Assembly (NCBI GenBank): GCA_963712905.1
Contig: CAVQJU010000001.1
Span: 64,652-128,651, forward strand
Direction of reading: 5' to 3'
DNA length: 64,000 bases
Source: an uncultured Acidobacteriota bacterium
GTDB taxonomy: Bacteria > Acidobacteriota > Vicinamibacteria > Vicinamibacterales > CAVVIG01
Made by a program: the position numbers and the translations under genes. This document shows positions 50,408 to 60,505 of this stretch, one piece after another. Below the pieces are notes generated by a model. The model was not told the DNA's origin. It made no database searches and saw nothing but the letters and a program-made list of their open reading frames with translations. Position 1 is the stretch's first letter; every line of letters starts with the position of its first letter.

Positions 50408-51544
50408 ATGCTCGAGAGCTTCGTCGGAGCGCTGTTTCTGGCCGCCGTCCTGGTCGCAGGCTGGCGGCTGACCGCGTCGCTGACCGTGGGCCGGCGGCGG
50501 GTCGCGTCGGCCTCGGCCGGCGTGGCGGTCGCGTACGTCTTCGTCTACATGCTGCCGGAGCTCAACGAAGCAGGCAGCACGTTTGTCGACGCCACGCGGA
50601 ATCTGGGGCTGCCGCTGCCGGAGTACCGCGTGTACGTCGCCGCGCTCGTCGGCTTCGTGCTGCTGTACGGCGTCGAACATCTGCGCAAGTGGTCGCGCGG
50701 GAACCCGGAACCGGCGGGTGAGTCGGCGGTGGATCGGACGTTCGTCCTGCACGTCGGCGGGTTTGCCGCCTACGTCCTGCTGGTCACGCTGACGATGGCC
50801 GAGAGCGCGGCGCGAGGGGAGCTGCCGACCGCGCTCTTCTGCCTCGCGATGGGATTGCACTTTCTCGGCATCGCTGGCGATCTGTTCAAGGAGCACGGTG
50901 CGCTTTACCTCAACCCCGGCCGGTACATCATGGCGGCGGCAGTTTTCGCCGGCTGGATGATCGGCGCCCACATGCCGGTGCCTCCGGCGACGCTGGCCAC
51001 GCTGCTCGGTGTCGTGTCGGGCGGCGTCGTGGTCAACAGCATGATCATGGAGCTGCCGAGCGAGAAGAACGGCCGTTTCGGGTCGTTCGTGCTCGGTGCG
51101 GGCGGCTACGCGCTGATCCTGCTGCTGCTCGCCAGCGTCCGCATTGACGGAACCGGAGGGCCGCCGTTTCAGCTGATGAGCGCGGTGATCGATCAGATGG
51201 CGGCGCGCCTGACCGGGCCGATGAACTTCCGGTTCGTGCTGCAGCCGGTGGTCGCGATCGCCCTCGGCGTACGCGACGGCCGCCTCGACGCCAGGGCCGG
51301 CGCCCCGCCGTTCGTGCTCGACGTCCTGTTCGGGTCCGAACGGCGCCGCCAGGACCTGGCGAGCGCGTTGACGAGTCTCGGCAAGCCGGTGCTGCTCGGC
51401 ACCGTCCTCGACGCGATCGCGCAGTACCAGATCTTCGGACACGTCAGGCCGATCGCCGCCGTGCTCGTCGGCGCCGGCGTCATCGGCGTGCCGTATGCGC
51501 TCGCGCGCGGGTTGGCCAACCGCTTCAGCGGCACTCGACTGTGA
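50408..51544 (+). CDS. Polytopic membrane protein of unknown function
   Basis: The ATG at 50408 is in frame with track ORF 50252..51544. The protein is hydrophobic throughout. No family was recognised. Confidence 0.6.
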   Translation: MLESFVGALFLAAVLVAGWRLTASLTVGRRRVASASAGVAVAYVFVYMLPELNEAGSTFVDATRNLGLPLPEYRVYVAALVGFVLLYGVEHLRKWSRGNPEPAGESAVDRTFVLHVGGFAAYVLLVTLTMAESAARGELPTALFCLAMGLHFLGIAGDLFKEHGALYLNPGRYIMAAAVFAGWMIGAHMPVPPATLATLLGVVSGGVVVNSMIMELPSEKNGRFGSFVLGAGGYALILLLLASVRIDGTGGPPFQLMSAVIDQMAARLTGPMNFRFVLQPVVAIALGVRDGRLDARAGAPPFVLDVLFGSERRRQDLASALTSLGKPVLLGTVLDAIAQYQIFGHVRPIAAVLVGAGVIGVPYALARGLANRFSGTRL

Positions 51545-52191
51545 TACGCTCCGGCTCCGGAGGAGATGTGATCATCCGCCGTTCGTTTCTCTTGTTCACG
51601 CTGCTGCTGGCGCTGCCCGCCGGCGCCCTGGCTCAGACGTTCACGGCGACCTGGAAGAACCCGGCGGCCGCGAACGTCGTCTACGCGGGCAAGAAGATCG
51701 TCGGCCTCATCGTCAGCGACGACATGCCGCTTCGGCAGAGCGCGGAAGAAGCGTTGGCGCGCGAGCTGACCGCGAGAGGCGTGAAGGGCATTCCCGCCTA
51801 TCAGATGATCCCGAAGGAAGAGGTTCGCGACAAGGATCGCGCGAAGGCGTGGTTCGAGCGGACCGACACCGCCGCGGTCGTCATCATGCGGCTGGTGGAC
51901 ATCAGCAAGGAAACCCGCCCGACGGTCGTCGCCTGGCAGAGCGCGCCGTACTACGGATCGCTCTGGGGCTACTATCCCTACGCCTGGGGCGCGACCATCG
52001 ATCTCACCCCCAACAAGACCACCGTGACGGTCGTTGTCGAGACGCTGGTATTCGACGTGACCGGCAACCGCCTGCTCTGGGCCGGCACGAGCGAGACGAC
52101 CAACGCCAAAGGGGCGCAGGAGCTCGTGAAGAAGCTCGTGAATGCCGCCGCCGAGCAGATGCGGAAAGACGGCCTCATCCGCAAGAACTAA
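51541..52191 (+). CDS. Secreted protein, DUF4136-like (tentative); paralog of 56435..57055
   Basis: It has a signal peptide (FLLFTLLLALPAGALAQ). It shares ...YYGSLWGYYPYAWG...TVVVETLVFDVTGNRLLWAGTSETTN... with the minus-strand lipoprotein at 56435. The start is either GTG 51541 (GTGA overlap) or GTG 51568. Confidence 0.6.
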   Translation: MIRSGSGGDVIIRRSFLLFTLLLALPAGALAQTFTATWKNPAAANVVYAGKKIVGLIVSDDMPLRQSAEEALARELTARGVKGIPAYQMIPKEEVRDKDRAKAWFERTDTAAVVIMRLVDISKETRPTVVAWQSAPYYGSLWGYYPYAWGATIDLTPNKTTVTVVVETLVFDVTGNRLLWAGTSETTNAKGAQELVKKLVNAAAEQMRKDGLIRKN

Positions 52192-52206
52192 CCGACGGAG
52201 GATTCG

Positions 52207-53578
52207 ATGACTGGACGGGCCGCGCTGGTGGTGTTGGCTGTCGTTTGCGCGCCAGCAGCCGCCAGGGCGCAGGGATCGCCAAGCGCTGACGTGGTGACGC
52301 CGCCGGCCAACGTGCTGCTTCCGAACTACGACAGCGTGCCCGTGGGCCCCAACGCGGGCCTCGAGGGCACCGCGTACGTGGCGCGCGTGGCCGATCCGTC
52401 GGCGGCGTGGATCAACCCGGCCGGCCTCGCGCGCGCGACCGCCTCCGAGGTCAGCGGCAGCTCGGGGCTGTTCCAGATCTCGAACGTGTCACCGTCCGCG
52501 CTGCCGGACACGGGCGGTTCCGTTCAGCAGCTGCCGAGCCTGGTCGGGTTCACCGCGGCGAACGTGCTGCGCAAAGGCTTCACGCTTGGCCTCAGCATCC
52601 TGACCTCCAGTTCGTGGACGCAGCAGACCAACTCGCAGCTCGTCCTCGACCGCGGAACCGCGCGCGAGCGGTTCGCCTACTCGGCCGATTCCGAATTCCA
52701 GCAGCATGTCGGCGCAGCGTCAGTCGGGTTCACCTCGGGGCGCGTGCGCCTCGGCGGCGGCCTCGCGTTCGTCTTCACGGACGTGGTGAAGAACGACGTG
52801 ATCAGCGACCGGCTGGGCGAGCGCGACGTCGCTGCGATCGCTCATCATCGAGACCCGGGCCTCCGGCTCGGCCTTTCAAGTGCGGCCGCTGTTCGGCGCG
52901 CAGTTCGACCTGTCGCCGCACGTGCACGTCGGGGGCACGATCCGGACGCCTGCGCTGACGTTGTTCAAGGGCGTGTCGGCGACGGAGGAAAGCCTCGCGG
53001 ACAACGGATCGGCGTCGGTCGGCGCGTCGTTCTTCGACTCCGACGCGGCCTTTACGTACCGCCAGCCGTTCGAGTTCCACGGCGGCGTCGCCTACACGGC
53101 CGCCCGCGGCGAGATCGAGGTCGACGTGCACGGGTATACCCCGATCTCCGCCTACGCGATGATCGCCAGCGATCAGCCGATCGTCACGTACACCAACCCC
53201 GGCGCGGGCTCGGCGCCGGCAGTGTCGAGCCGGCCGTACGGCGGGGCGATTTCACAGTCGCGCGGGCTGGCCAACGTCGCGGTGGGGGGCCATCTGGTGC
53301 TCAACTCGAACGGCGTCTGGCGCCTGCACTACGGGGCGGGCACCGACTTCTCGCCCGTCGGCGACGAAGATACGGTCTTCACGAAACTGAACCGGTTCAG
53401 CTGGTCGATTGGAGTCAGCGGCACGAAGGGACCGCTGCAGTTCACGGCGGGCGTGAACTACCGTTCAGGGTCGTCGGACGAGGTCGTCATCCGCAACCTG
53501 CAGAACGGCGAGCCGGTCAATTCAACCATTCACGTCGAGACGCTGGGGCTGATCTACTCGCTGTCCTACAAGTTCTAG
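52207..53578 (+). pseudogene. Outer-membrane transport barrel (FadL/OMPP1-like), one frameshift
   Basis: A signal peptide and NAGLEGTAYVARVADPSAAWINPAGLA (FadL-like N-terminus) lie in ORF 52207... The remainder lies in ORF 52880..53578 and ends ...IYSLSYKF. A +1 shift falls near 52828. Confidence 0.6.
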
Positions 53579-55083
53579 CTGCCGGCCTTGGCCTTTGCCC
53601 TCAGTTCCTGCTGCTCGGTGAGCATCTTGTAGCCGAGGTAGTACTTGTAGATGTTCGACACGTACTGCACGGTCTCACGTCCGATGGATTCGGCGGCGAT
53701 GAGCTCGACGTTGTTGAACCACTGGTTGGGGTCCAGCCCGCGTTTGGCCGCCCGCTCGCGCAGTTGCCGGATGCGGTTCGGCCCGGCGTTGTACGACGCG
53801 AACGTGAACAGGCCCTTGTTCAGCCGGTCCATCGGTTCGTCCGCGTAGTAGCTGTCCATCATGAAGCGCATGTACTTCACACCGGCGTGAATATTCGCGT
53901 CAAGCTTGGTGATGTCGCCGACCTTCATGTCCGCCCCGGTGGCGGGCATCACCTGCATGACGCCGATCGCGCCCACGGGACTCTTCCGGCTCTGGTCGAG
54001 GCCCGATTCCTGGTAACCCTGGGCGGCCATCAGCAGGTAGTCCAGCTTGTACTGATCGCTGTACTTGCGCAGGTACGCCACGGTCTTCCGGAATCGTTCG
54101 ACCTCCGCCTGCGACGTGGCGCCCTTCGCGTACTTGGCGCTCTTCCAGTATTTCTGCGTGAGGACGTTGCGCTGCAGCGACCCCTCCGGATACTTCTTGA
54201 GGAACCCGTTCAGCTCGGCCATCAGCTGCGGGCTGTTCTTGCGGACCATCATTGCCGTCTCGCCGTCGGTCTTGACCGCGGCGGCCGTGTTGAGCACCAG
54301 ATCCGGGTACACCTGCTGCCAGAACTCCGCGACGTAGTCGTCCACCATCGTCATGGGCGCGAGCCCGGCGTTGACCATCTCGAGGAGGTCTTCGTCGGAG
54401 AGCACTTCGGGCGCCGGCCGGATGGTGACCGGAGGCTTGCCGGCCTTGGCGAGCTCCGCGTTGAACCGCGCGACGTTGGGCGCTGACACGTCGGAGGCCC
54501 GGAGGTAGACCTCCTTGCCGCCCAGATCGGCGACGCTCGCGATCGGCGGCATGCCCGGGCCAGAGACGATGATCGTGGAAATGCCGGTGCGGGTCGCGTT
54601 CGTGAAGTCGATCTGCTCCTTACGCCATGCGGTGACCAGTTTGCCGGCGGCGACGACGTCGCCCCGCCCGTCGAGGAGCGCCGGGATCAGCTCGTTGGCG
54701 GCGACCGGCACGAAGATGACGCGGATCCGGACGTGCTTCGCGTTGAGCTTCTTGTTCAGGTCGTCTTCGAACAGCTTGAACGCCTCGGGGACCTGTCCCA
54801 GCTGCGCGCCCTTGTCCACGAAGAACGTCGTCTTCGAGTAGACCGTGAGGACGCGAATCACTTTGCGCTCGATCATGCCGTCGAGATCGCCGGTCCATTT
54901 GCCGACGAGCGCGGAGGCGACGGCGTTGTCCAGGGACCGGATTTCAGCGGCCGTCTCGGAGCCCGCGGCGCCCTCGGTCGTCTGCGCGGGCGGGGGAGTC
55001 GCGTTCCCGCAGGCGGCGGCGGCGACGGCCAGCAGGAATACGCCGAACAGAACGAGCGGCCGGTGCGTGAGTGTTTTCAGCAT
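53575..55083 (-). CDS. mltF: Membrane-bound lytic murein transglycosylase F-like (SBP_bac_3 + SLT domains)
   Basis: A lipoprotein-type signal (AAAACG) is followed by a periplasmic binding-protein domain. The SLT domain carries the catalytic QGYQESGLDQ and GVMQVMPAT. Confidence 0.85.
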   Translation of the reverse strand: MLKTLTHRPLVLFGVFLLAVAAAACGNATPPPAQTTEGAAGSETAAEIRSLDNAVASALVGKWTGDLDGMIERKVIRVLTVYSKTTFFVDKGAQLGQVPEAFKLFEDDLNKKLNAKHVRIRVIFVPVAANELIPALLDGRGDVVAAGKLVTAWRKEQIDFTNATRTGISTIIVSGPGMPPIASVADLGGKEVYLRASDVSAPNVARFNAELAKAGKPPVTIRPAPEVLSDEDLLEMVNAGLAPMTMVDDYVAEFWQQVYPDLVLNTAAAVKTDGETAMMVRKNSPQLMAELNGFLKKYPEGSLQRNVLTQKYWKSAKYAKGATSQAEVERFRKTVAYLRKYSDQYKLDYLLMAAQGYQESGLDQSRKSPVGAIGVMQVMPATGADMKVGDITKLDANIHAGVKYMRFMMDSYYADEPMDRLNKGLFTFASYNAGPNRIRQLRERAAKRGLDPNQWFNNVELIAAESIGRETVQYVSNIYKYYLGYKMLTEQQELRAKAKAGS

Positions 55084-55178
55084 CTCTGCAGGAACTCTGA
55101 AGGCGGACAGTCGCTGTTGGAGTGAAACAGGGCAATCAAGGATAGCAGGATCGGCAGCCCGGGAGGCGATGCTTTATC

Positions 55179-56438
55179 ATGGCTTCCGCCGTGACACTCA
55201 ACCCGTTCCAAAGGCGCGAGTTCCACCTGCTGTCGAAGCCCACGGGCGCCGTCTGCAACCTCGACTGCAAATACTGCTTCTTCCTTTCGAAGGAGATGCT
55301 CTACCCGGGCAGCCGCTTCCGCATGGCCGACGACATGCTGGAGACCTACATCCGGCAGCTGCTCGAGTCGCAGCCTGGTCCCGAGGTCGCGGTCGCGTGG
55401 CAGGGCGGCGAGCCCACGCTCATGGGCCTCGACTTCTTCAAGCGGTCCGTCGAGCTCGTCGAGCGGCACCGGCGGCCGGCCCAGCGCGTCGCGTACACGC
55501 TGCAGACCAACGGCACGAAGATCGACGACGAGTGGGCCGCTTTCCTGGCCGAGCACAAGTTCCTGATCGGCCTGAGCGTGGACGGCCCGCGTGATCTGCA
55601 CGACCTGTATCGCGTCGACAAAGGCGGCCAGGGCAGCTTCGATCAGGTCATGGAGGGGTGGCGCGCCCTCGCGGCGAGGAACGTCGACGTGAACATCCTG
55701 TGCACCGTGCACAACGCCAACGGCGACCACCCGCTCGACGTCTACAGGTTCTTTCGCGACGAGATCGGCGCCAAGTACGTCCAGTTCATCCCGATCGTCG
55801 AGCGGGTCACCTCGGAGCTGCTGCCGATCGCGAACATGGGCTGGGGCGAGCGAGGCAGCGATCCGCGTCCGCTGTACATCACCGAGGGGCACCACGTCAC
55901 CGACCGTTCCGTCGGCTCGGAGCAGTGGGGGCGATTCCTGATCGGCGTCTTCGACGAGTGGATCAAGAAGGACGTCGGGACCGTGTTCGTGCAGATGTTC
56001 GACGCCGCGCTGGCGTCGTGGGTCGGCGCGCCGGCGTCGATGTGCGTGTTCGCGGAGACGTGCGGCAACGCCCTCGCCCTCGAGCACAACGGCGACCTCT
56101 ACTCCTGCGATCACTTCGTCGAGCCGAAGCACCTGCTGGGGAACATCAAGGACGTCCACATGCTGGAGCTCGTGTCGTCGCCGCAGCAGGTGGCGTTCGG
56201 CCTGGCGAAGCGCGACACGCTACCGAAGTACTGCCGCGAGTGCGAGGTGCGCTTCGCCTGTCACGGCGAGTGCCCGAAGAACCGGTTCATCAACACGCCT
56301 GACGGAGAACCCGGCTTGAACTACCTCTGTGCCGGCTACATGGCGTTCTTCAAGCACGTCGATCGCCCGATGAAGATGATGGCCGACCTGCTGAAGCGCG
56401 GCCGCTACGCCGACGAGGTCATGGCGCTCCTGTCCTAG
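55179..56438 (+). CDS. Anaerobic sulfatase-maturating enzyme (radical SAM/SPASM)
   Basis: The radical-SAM CNLDCKYC is followed by GGEPTL. The C-terminal SPASM Cys clusters are present (CVFAETCG, CDHF, CRECEVRFACHGECPKNR). Confidence 0.9.
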   Translation: MASAVTLNPFQRREFHLLSKPTGAVCNLDCKYCFFLSKEMLYPGSRFRMADDMLETYIRQLLESQPGPEVAVAWQGGEPTLMGLDFFKRSVELVERHRRPAQRVAYTLQTNGTKIDDEWAAFLAEHKFLIGLSVDGPRDLHDLYRVDKGGQGSFDQVMEGWRALAARNVDVNILCTVHNANGDHPLDVYRFFRDEIGAKYVQFIPIVERVTSELLPIANMGWGERGSDPRPLYITEGHHVTDRSVGSEQWGRFLIGVFDEWIKKDVGTVFVQMFDAALASWVGAPASMCVFAETCGNALALEHNGDLYSCDHFVEPKHLLGNIKDVHMLELVSSPQQVAFGLAKRDTLPKYCRECEVRFACHGECPKNRFINTPDGEPGLNYLCAGYMAFFKHVDRPMKMMADLLKRGRYADEVMALLS

Positions 56439-57055
56439 AGGAGTCCCACTTTCTTCATCTCGCGCACCGCTCCGGCTGCCAGTTCCTTCACGAAGGCATC
56501 GACGTTCGAGGGATTGGTCGTCTTGCTCTGGCCCGCCCACAACAGCTTGTTCTGTTTGAGGGAGTACACGAGCGTCTCGACGGTCACGATGGTGTCTGTG
56601 CGGATGTCGGTTCCCGTGCCCCAGGCGCCGCCCCAGCCGTATCCGTAGTAGCCGCCCCAGTAGGGTCCGTACATCGGTCCGGTGTACACCGACGGCGTGC
56701 TGGTGATGGCCTTGTCTTTGGCCAGCGGGCGCATGACAACGACGCCGGCCGCCCCCGATGCTTCGACGGCGGTGCGGACCCTGGCTTCGTTGGCGACGAT
56801 GTCGTCGCTCGCGATGGTGTAGCCCGGCACACCCTGCCCGCCCTGCGCTGTTATCGCGGCTGCCAGCGTGTCTTCAGCGGAGCGGCGCGCCGCGGTGTTC
56901 TTGGTCACCACCATCGCGATGACCTTCTGCCCGTTCAGCGACCCGATCGGCTGCGCGTCCGGCGCCCGCCAGCTCGAGTCGTAGGTCGTAGTGGCGCAGC
57001 CGACGAGAACGATTGAACCGAGAACCACGAGCGTTCGCTTGAGAATCGTCAACAT
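56435..57055 (-). CDS. Lipoprotein, DUF4136-like (tentative); paralog of 51541..52191
   Basis: A lipobox (LVGCATT) follows MLTILKRTLVVLGSIV. The start is taken at ATG 57055. See the paralog for the shared motifs. Confidence 0.65.
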   Translation of the reverse strand: MLTILKRTLVVLGSIVLVGCATTTYDSSWRAPDAQPIGSLNGQKVIAMVVTKNTAARRSAEDTLAAAITAQGGQGVPGYTIASDDIVANEARVRTAVEASGAAGVVVMRPLAKDKAITSTPSVYTGPMYGPYWGGYYGYGWGGAWGTGTDIRTDTIVTVETLVYSLKQNKLLWAGQSKTTNPSNVDAFVKELAAGAVREMKKVGLL

Positions 57056-57161
57056 GGAGCACCTCACAACCGCGTTCACGCCCGCGGCATTGGCGAGGCA
57101 GGGTGGCACCAGCCCTCATCCGGCATTATGCATCACGGTGTCGTAGACGTTGCCGGCCTCC

Positions 57162-57746
57162 TCAGCTCGCGCGTGCAAGACCAGCGTGCTCGGCGACGAA
57201 CCGGACGAACCCATCCACGGCCTGCCAGTCAGTGAACTCCCAGTCGCGCGAGGTGTCGGTGGACGCGCCGTTGTGCCTGGCGATTTGTTTCATCGCCAGC
57301 TTTACCAGGAAGTTGTATTTCGAGTAGGCGAGCGCTCCGGCGACCGGGAGCGTATAGGCCGGCGTCCAACCGGTGTCGGCAGCGAACACATCAATCATGT
57401 GGCGGACGTCGGCGGATGCCTGACGGCGCCTGTCGGGCGGCGCCGCCTCATCCTGGGCGCCGGCCTGCGACAGCGACAACGAGAGCAATGCGGCGCCCGC
57501 AGCCTCGAGCTCGCGGCGGTATTGCGTCACGAAGCGCCGCATCTCGCGCTCGTGGCGGCCAAGGTGCACGGACGCGACGACGAAGATGGCGCGGTAGGCC
57601 TGCCACGAGATGCGATCGTTCAGGGTGCGGACGTCGAAGAGATCGACGTCGAGACCCTGCGCCTGCAGACCGGCGGCGGCGCGCTCGGCCACCCGCCGCG
57701 CCTGGCCTTCACGGGTGGCGTAGAAGACGGCTGCGCTGGGTGTCAT
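57162..57746 (-). CDS. hemG: Flavodoxin-like protoporphyrinogen oxidase (HemG-like)
   Basis: AVFYATREGQARRVAE ... FVVASVHLGRH ... AGALAYSKYNFLVKLAMKQIA ... EFTDWQAVDGF is colinear with HemG as I remember it. Confidence 0.7.
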   Translation of the reverse strand: MTPSAAVFYATREGQARRVAERAAAGLQAQGLDVDLFDVRTLNDRISWQAYRAIFVVASVHLGRHEREMRRFVTQYRRELEAAGAALLSLSLSQAGAQDEAAPPDRRRQASADVRHMIDVFAADTGWTPAYTLPVAGALAYSKYNFLVKLAMKQIARHNGASTDTSRDWEFTDWQAVDGFVRFVAEHAGLARAS

Positions 57747-57892
57747 GGCGTCCTCCTTGGAGGCCAGGCTCTTGCGTTTTGCACACTCGATAACGACGCA
57801 AACATCGTTCCGGAAGGCGCTGCCGAGATTTCGTCACGTTGTGATTGCTATCGTGTTAGGTTACGTTTCATCTCTCGCTCAAGGAGGCCCGC

Positions 57893-58213
57893 ATGCTTCG
57901 CACGGGATTGATCGTGCTCGCCATCAGCGCGTTCGCCGCCGCAGCGGCAGCCCAGGATGCCGCCGCCGGCGCCAAGGTGTACGTGGATCAGAAGTGCTCC
58001 GTCTGCCACTCGATCGCCGGCAAGGGTAACGCCAAGGGACCGCTAGACGACGTGGGCAAGATGCCCGCCGACGATATCCGGGCGTGGATCACCGACGCGA
58101 AGGGCATGACCGAAAAGACCAAAGCACCCCGGAAGCCCGTGATGAAGCAGTACGCGCTCCCCAAGGGCGACGTGGACGCGCTCGTGGCCTACCTGTCGAC
58201 GCTCAAGAAGTAA
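57893..58213 (+). CDS. Monoheme class I c-type cytochrome
   Basis: It has a signal peptide, a single CSVCH and a distal Met region (KPVMKQY) in 106 aa. An RBS AAGGAGG lies upstream. Confidence 0.85.
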   Translation: MLRTGLIVLAISAFAAAAAAQDAAAGAKVYVDQKCSVCHSIAGKGNAKGPLDDVGKMPADDIRAWITDAKGMTEKTKAPRKPVMKQYALPKGDVDALVAYLSTLKK

Positions 58214-58217
58214 TCCA

Positions 58218-59564
58218 GTGACGGGCGACGTCCGGCTGATCCGCAGCCCGATTTCGGTTGCGGGCATGGTGTTGACCACGATCAGCGCCGTGGTGTTTCT
58301 CGTCGTGTTCCTGGCCGACCTGTTCGGCCTTCACACGAACCCGTACCTCGGCATCGTCTTTTTCGTCGTGGTGCCCGCGCTGTTCCTCGGCGGACTCCTG
58401 CTGATTCCGCTGGGGGCCTGGAGAGAGCGCCACCGTCGCGCTGCCGGCAAAGCGCCCTCGGCGGTGCAGTGGCCGCGCGTGGACCTGAACGACGCGCGCC
58501 AGCGGCGGATTGCCGTCATCGCGTTTACGTTGACGATGGCGAACATCGTGATCGTGTCGCTGGCGGCGTACGGCGGCGTCGAATACATGGATTCGGTGGG
58601 GTTTTGCACGCAGGTCTGCCACCCGATGAAGCCGGAGCTCCGCGCGCACCGGCAGGGGCCGCACGTGCGGGCCCGCTGCGTGGAATGCCATATCGCGCCG
58701 GGCGCGTCGGGCTTCGTCGCCGCCAAGGCCGCGGGCACCCGGCAGCTCGTGTCGATCGCCTTCGGGACCTACCCCCGTCCGATTACCGCCGAGGCGGACG
58801 ATCTCGTCTCGGCGGGCCAGACCTGCGAGCGCTGCCACTTCTCCGGCGGCTATCACGCCGAGGTCCTGCGCAGCGTGGTCGAGTACGGCGATGACGAGGC
58901 GAATACGCGCACAGTGACGAACCTCCAGATGCACGTCGGCGGGGGCGAAGGGCGGCTGGCGGCGGTCCGCGGCATTCACTGGCACGCGAACCCGGGCACG
59001 CGGGTCGAGTACATCGCCACCGATGAAACGCGACAGACGATTCCTTACGTCAAGGTGACGGCCGCCGACGGCGCCGTCCGCGAGTACAAGGCCGAAGGCG
59101 CAACGTCCGAGCTCGTCGCGGCAGGAAAGCGCCGCCGCATGGAGTGTCTGGACTGTCACAATCGCGCCGGGCATCCGACGCCGGCGACGGCCGCGCGGGC
59201 GGTCAACGAAGCCCTGGCGCGGAACGCGATTCCGGCGACGCTGCCCTTCGTGCATCGCGAGGCCGCGAAGGCGCTCACCGCCAGCTACCCGTCGGAGGAC
59301 GCCGCCCTCGGCGAGATCGCGCGCGCGCTGAAGGCGTTCTACCAGACACAGCAGGCGACGGAGGTCGAGCGGACGATTGCGACGGTGCAGCAGCTGTACC
59401 TCCGCAGCGTCGTCCCGGAAATGAACGTGAAGTTCGGCACCTATCCCGACAACGTGGGTCACATCGATTTCCCTGGCTGCTTCCGCTGCCACGACGACGA
59501 GCACAAGACCTCGGATGGCCGGGCGATCGGCCAGGACTGCGAAACATGCCACAAGATCGAGTAA
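58218..59564 (+). CDS. Inner-membrane multiheme c-type cytochrome (NapC/NirT- or ImcH-like), three N-terminal TM helices
   Basis: Three hydrophobic helices lie in the first ~130 aa. They are followed by CTQVCH (CxxxCH) and five CxxCH motifs (CVECH, CERCH, CLDCH, CFRCH, CETCH). Confidence 0.8.
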   Translation: MTGDVRLIRSPISVAGMVLTTISAVVFLVVFLADLFGLHTNPYLGIVFFVVVPALFLGGLLLIPLGAWRERHRRAAGKAPSAVQWPRVDLNDARQRRIAVIAFTLTMANIVIVSLAAYGGVEYMDSVGFCTQVCHPMKPELRAHRQGPHVRARCVECHIAPGASGFVAAKAAGTRQLVSIAFGTYPRPITAEADDLVSAGQTCERCHFSGGYHAEVLRSVVEYGDDEANTRTVTNLQMHVGGGEGRLAAVRGIHWHANPGTRVEYIATDETRQTIPYVKVTAADGAVREYKAEGATSELVAAGKRRRMECLDCHNRAGHPTPATAARAVNEALARNAIPATLPFVHREAAKALTASYPSEDAALGEIARALKAFYQTQQATEVERTIATVQQLYLRSVVPEMNVKFGTYPDNVGHIDFPGCFRCHDDEHKTSDGRAIGQDCETCHKIE

Positions 59565-59596
59565 CCACCGCCCCTCCCGCAAAGGCGCGGCACACC

Positions 59597-60502
59597 ATGA
59601 AATGGCTTCTCGCGGCGGCGATATCCGTATGGGCCGTGACGGTCTATGCGCAGCGGCCGGCCCAGCCCGCGCCTCCGGCAGCCGACGCGTTTGCCGGCGA
59701 CGATACGTGTGTCGCGTGTCACGAAACCGAGGGCAAGCGGCTGTCCACGACGCTCCACGGCCGGGCGCAGAACGTTCGAACCCCTTCGGGGAACAAGAAC
59801 CAGTCCTGTGAAACCTGCCACGGGCCGGGCAAGGAACACTCGGAGAGCGGCGACAAGACGAAGATTCGTGTCTTCCCGGCAATGGCCCCGCGCGACGCGT
59901 CGGCGGTCTGCACGACCTGCCACAGCCGCGGCGCCCATGCCCAGTGGAAGGGCAGCATGCACGACGCCCGCAACCTGAGCTGCGTCACCTGCCATTCCGT
60001 CCACAGTCCGAAGGCCGAGCACGCGCAGCTCAAGGAAGCCACCATCACCGACACCTGCGTGGCCTGTCACAAGACCCAGGTCGCCAAGCAGCAGCGCTTC
60101 GGCCACATGCCCCTTCGCGAGGGGAAGATGGAGTGCAGCGCCTGCCACAACCCGCACGGATCGACGAACCTCAAGATGCTGAAAGTCGGCAACTTCGTCA
60201 ACGAGACGTGCGTGAGCTGCCACACCGAGAAGCGCGGGCCGTTCCTCTGGGATCACGCGCCGGTGCGCGAAGCGTGCAACACCTGCCACGACCCGCACGG
60301 ATCGAACAACGAGCGGATGCTCGTGGCCAAGCTGCCCATGATGTGCCAACGCTGTCACATCGGCACGCGGCATCCCTCGACGATTTACGACGCCAACCAG
60401 CTCGCGTCGCGCAGCAATCGGCTCATCGGCCGTGGCTGTGTGAACTGTCATTCCCAGATTCACGGGTCGAACAGCCCCGCGGGCAACACGTTTCTCAGGT
60501 AG
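59597..60502 (+). CDS. Periplasmic decaheme c-type cytochrome, MtrA/DmsE/PioA/MtoA family
   Basis: The ATG at 59597 is in frame with track ORF 59144..60502. It has a signal peptide (AISVWAVTVYAQ) and exactly ten CxxCH motifs in 301 aa, with the closely spaced pattern typical of MtrA. Confidence 0.9.
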   Translation: MKWLLAAAISVWAVTVYAQRPAQPAPPAADAFAGDDTCVACHETEGKRLSTTLHGRAQNVRTPSGNKNQSCETCHGPGKEHSESGDKTKIRVFPAMAPRDASAVCTTCHSRGAHAQWKGSMHDARNLSCVTCHSVHSPKAEHAQLKEATITDTCVACHKTQVAKQQRFGHMPLREGKMECSACHNPHGSTNLKMLKVGNFVNETCVSCHTEKRGPFLWDHAPVREACNTCHDPHGSNNERMLVAKLPMMCQRCHIGTRHPSTIYDANQLASRSNRLIGRGCVNCHSQIHGSNSPAGNTFLR

Positions 60503-60505
60503 GCC

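Noticed and set aside
57840-57855. TGTGA-N6-TCGTG upstream of the cytochrome operon, considered as a CRP/FNR-type site
   Set aside because: Only one half-site is good; the second half matches 3 of 5. There is no supporting evidence, so it is too weak to call.
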